DNA of 64,000 nucleotides from an uncultured cyanobacterium (GTDB lineage: Bacteria; Cyanobacteriota; Cyanobacteriia; PCC-9006; JAAUQQ01): NCBI GenBank assembly GCA_963718615.1, contig OY970368.1:5248001-5312000 (forward strand). Direction: 5' to 3'. Below are positions 62,501 through 64,000 of the stretch, piece after piece. Both the position numbers and the translations under genes were made by a program. The notes beneath the pieces are model-generated. The model had not been told where the DNA came from. It was given only the letters and a program-made list of their open reading frames with translations, and did not search any database. Position 1 is the first letter of the stretch. The number at the start of each line of letters is the position of its first letter.

Positions 62501-62872
62501 CGCAAACAGGGGTTCCGTAGAATTTGCCAACCAGGCTTCATCCACGGGCAATTCCTGGACGAGACGCTGACGAATCTCCTTCAGCCCATCTACAGCCCCC
62601 AAAAACAGCGTTTCTAGCTCTGTATCCCAACTAATCTGACGGGCACGCAGAATTTTGAAGAAATCTTCCAGCCGATGGGCGACTTGGGCCATGGGGGTAA
62701 ATCCCATCATGCCAGCCCCCCCCTTAATCGAATGGGCTGAACGCAGGGCAATATCAAGCTGCTGCGCTTTGTTCTCGGCAGCCGTCAGCCCCAGAAGGAC
62801 GGTCTCAATCTGCTCAAAGTACTCACCCGATTCCTCTAGAAAGTTCAGCCGAACCTGTTGATCTGTATCCAT
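59579..62872 (-). CDS. CheA-like hybrid histidine kinase (Hpt-HATPase-CheW-REC)
   Basis: LRSAHSIKGGAG Hpt, HLLRNAFDHG, DDGRGID, SGRGVGMDVV, CheW GATILGDG, C-terminal REC. Confidence 0.95.
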   Translation of the reverse strand: MDTDQQVRLNFLEESGEYFEQIETVLLGLTAAENKAQQLDIALRSAHSIKGGAGMMGFTPMAQVAHRLEDFFKILRARQISWDTELETLFLGAVDGLKEIRQRLVQELPVDEAWLANSTEPLFAQLRSRLGDLSDEDEDRLLSEEEGVDVALLMFNSGVEEILNRFEADLEGLAAEALRSSLVTVATQLTDLGLIGELDAFVQLCESVLDPAMSAPAGQLQSLAAEALRTWRRAQSLVQLGRVGNLPTQIIWVETAAETTEPVKVEPVQRDEPAHEGLEAQLGEVDLSELQRLQAEMAQVLMGSSMPSPAFTLPDENEIELDKADLEQAAEASLMDTAPVLMSPASETVLDGQELSQLQDAIAQLNLSALESIAPVSELIPEEPLAAASPVASPVASKPLSPVHLSVQSTTAVQRGATLRIAAEDLQQINTLFGTLILERNALNLRQQQLDGFAGLLQERMRILESFNQRLRQWYDRTSLEGLIRQLPGTEPPQGRRPLPPPLSPLHGTSLPGTTALALGRTSEFDSLEMDQYSDLHLMAQEQMETIVQLQEVAADIQLGLQEIGQVTQQLNSTTRLLQNRMTRTQMRPFSDIAGRFPRLMRDLSVQYGKQVELKVEGETTLVERSALDALVDPLTHLLRNAFDHGLETPDERLAIGKSPMGQITLRAIQRGNQVRILVKDDGRGIDLEKIRDRVRKYDIPEDHIAQMSERQLLSLIFDAGFSTAEAVTELSGRGVGMDVVRANLEQLRGDIQVETKLGQGTTFTLSVPLTLSVLRVLLLEQHKLTFAVPVDAIEEMLVATPEMLGRSPQDLTPTPPDSPSYLRWKDQSIPIVDLADSFCFQGKAEPVSLDGNPSINRPLFVVVRDQARFYAVPMQRLWHEQEVAIRPVTSLMPLPTGFVGATILGDGRVIPLVDLVQLVHAAISRTAPAPPSLLTSPLAATVTSPIKAEPIRELGTSSLGLDPRKTKGASQARQQTILVVDDSVHLRRYLTITLEKAGYRVEQAKDGQEAVDKLLGGLSVEAVICDVEMPRLDGYGVLEEIKQRAEFQSLPITMLTSRSSDKHRKLAMNLGASAYFSKPYNEQELLKALEHLIQKA

Positions 62873-62886
62873 GGTTTGCCTCTGAG

Positions 62887-64000
62887 CTAGGACTGGAATG
62901 AATCCGATGAATCCAGCGAATCCAAGCCCTGAGCCTCATCCAGCTTGAACTGCTCCACCGAGGCTTCCAATTCGCGGGCAACCTGAGCGGTGGATTGAAT
63001 CGCTTGGGCCATCTGCTTAGAAGAGGTCGACCGTCGCTCCGACTCCTGGGCCACCTGTTGCACTAATTCGGTCACCGCCGCAGAAGACTCGGTTTGATAG
63101 GTCGCAGAGGCTGAAATCTTTTGCATCAACTGGTTAATTTGCTGGGACTTCGCCAACACTTCGGACAGTCGCTGCTTGGTGCTTTCCACTAGCTTCGTAC
63201 TATCTACCACCTGAGCCGTACCAGTTTCGATCGCCTCAACCACTTCCTGGGTTTCCGTTTGAATTGCCGCAACAATCTGAGCGATTTCCTTCGTCGCTGC
63301 CGAGGACTGTTCCGCCAAGGAGCCGACCTGTTCCGCAACCGCTGTAAAGCCTTGACCAAACTCCCCAGCCCGTGCTGCTTCTACACTGGCGTTGACCGCT
63401 AGCAAGTTCGTCTTAAGGGCGATTTCATCAATCAGACCCACCGCCTGGGAAATCTTCTGGGCCGATTCGCCCAAGCGTTTGATTTTCTTCGCCGTTTCAC
63501 CCACCGTCGTCCGCAGACCTAGAATACTCTCCACCGTTTGGTCCATGGATTGAGTGCCCACCTGGACCGACGCATAGGTATCTTTAGTCAAACGCGAGGC
63601 CTGTCCTGCGTTGGCCGCCACTTCTTGAATTGAACCGGAAATATCTTCCACCGCTTCGAGGGTCTCCTTGAGAGACTGGGCCTCGGCGATCGCCTGGTCT
63701 GCCAAGTCCCGAATCGCCGCCTCGTTAACCGATAGCGATTGAGTCACCTGTCCTGTAGACGACTTCACCTTAATCGTCGTGAGCCGCAGGTTTTCAATGA
63801 TGGCATTAAACAAATCCGCCACCACACCCACATCTCCCTCCGAGAGCTTCGCCCGGACCCGCAGGTCCCCATCTGCCGCATCCCCAATATCTTCCATGAG
63901 TGCGGTGATATCTTGCTCCAGGTGCTCCCGCAACTGCTGCTGTTTTTCAGCGGCTGCTTTTTGCTGGCTCAGTAGGGTCTGAATTTGGTTCAGCAAGGTA
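62887..64000 (-). CDS. Methyl-accepting chemotaxis protein, C-terminal part (5' end outside window)
   Basis: HAMP GDLRVRA...VADLFN and signalling domain [33 protein letters not shown]. Confidence 0.95.
   Translation of the reverse strand, partial: TLLNQIQTLLSQQKAAAEKQQQLREHLEQDITALMEDIGDAADGDLRVRAKLSEGDVGVVADLFNAIIENLRLTTIKVKSSTGQVTQSLSVNEAAIRDLADQAIAEAQSLKETLEAVEDISGSIQEVAANAGQASRLTKDTYASVQVGTQSMDQTVESILGLRTTVGETAKKIKRLGESAQKISQAVGLIDEIALKTNLLAVNASVEAARAGEFGQGFTAVAEQVGSLAEQSSAATKEIAQIVAAIQTETQEVVEAIETGTAQVVDSTKLVESTKQRLSEVLAKSQQINQLMQKISASATYQTESSAAVTELVQQVAQESERRSTSSKQMAQAIQSTAQVARELEASVEQFKLDEAQGLDSLDSSDSFQS

Larger units (their letters stand above)
1..64000. repeat. Dispersed HIP1 octamer (GCGATCGC)
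   Basis: Many copies across the window (e.g. 84, 5792, 8625, 17870, 18092, 41110, 63687); none seen in the IS21, in ~30.4-35.2 kb or in ~56.2-58.7 kb. Confidence 0.9.

Overview
Chromosomal segment of a cyanobacterium (dense HIP1 GCGATCGC octamers, pentapeptide-repeat, Uma2, PatA-type and DUF3181-type genes) that contains the probable replication origin: about 10 TT(T/A)TCCACA DnaA boxes with an adjacent GGCC + DnaA-trio + AT-rich unwinding element upstream of dnaN, and no dnaA in the window. From left to right: an IS21 element between two divergent Crp/Fnr-family genes (one frameshifted); signalling genes; dnaN/oriC; a 22-kb glycogen-trehalose cluster (glgE, treS-mak fusion, GH13, glgX facing treY, treZ) interrupted by a 1779-aa mosaic FG-GAP/metalloprotease gene and a Uma2/small-protein/XRE module; an unannotated truncated dps remnant joined to the 3' end of a LysR gene; uvrA and small membrane-protein genes, including an unannotated 31-aa peptide ORF; msrB; an SDR; a standalone condensation-less NRPS-like enzyme (degenerate A + proline-type A-T-reductase); an FG-GAP/RTX protein; a frameshifted SsuA/THI5-like binding protein with a structured leader; and the end of a chemotaxis-like cheA/MCP operon. 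No rRNA, tRNA or CRISPR array was recognised. All calls come from reading motifs by eye; no database search was run.
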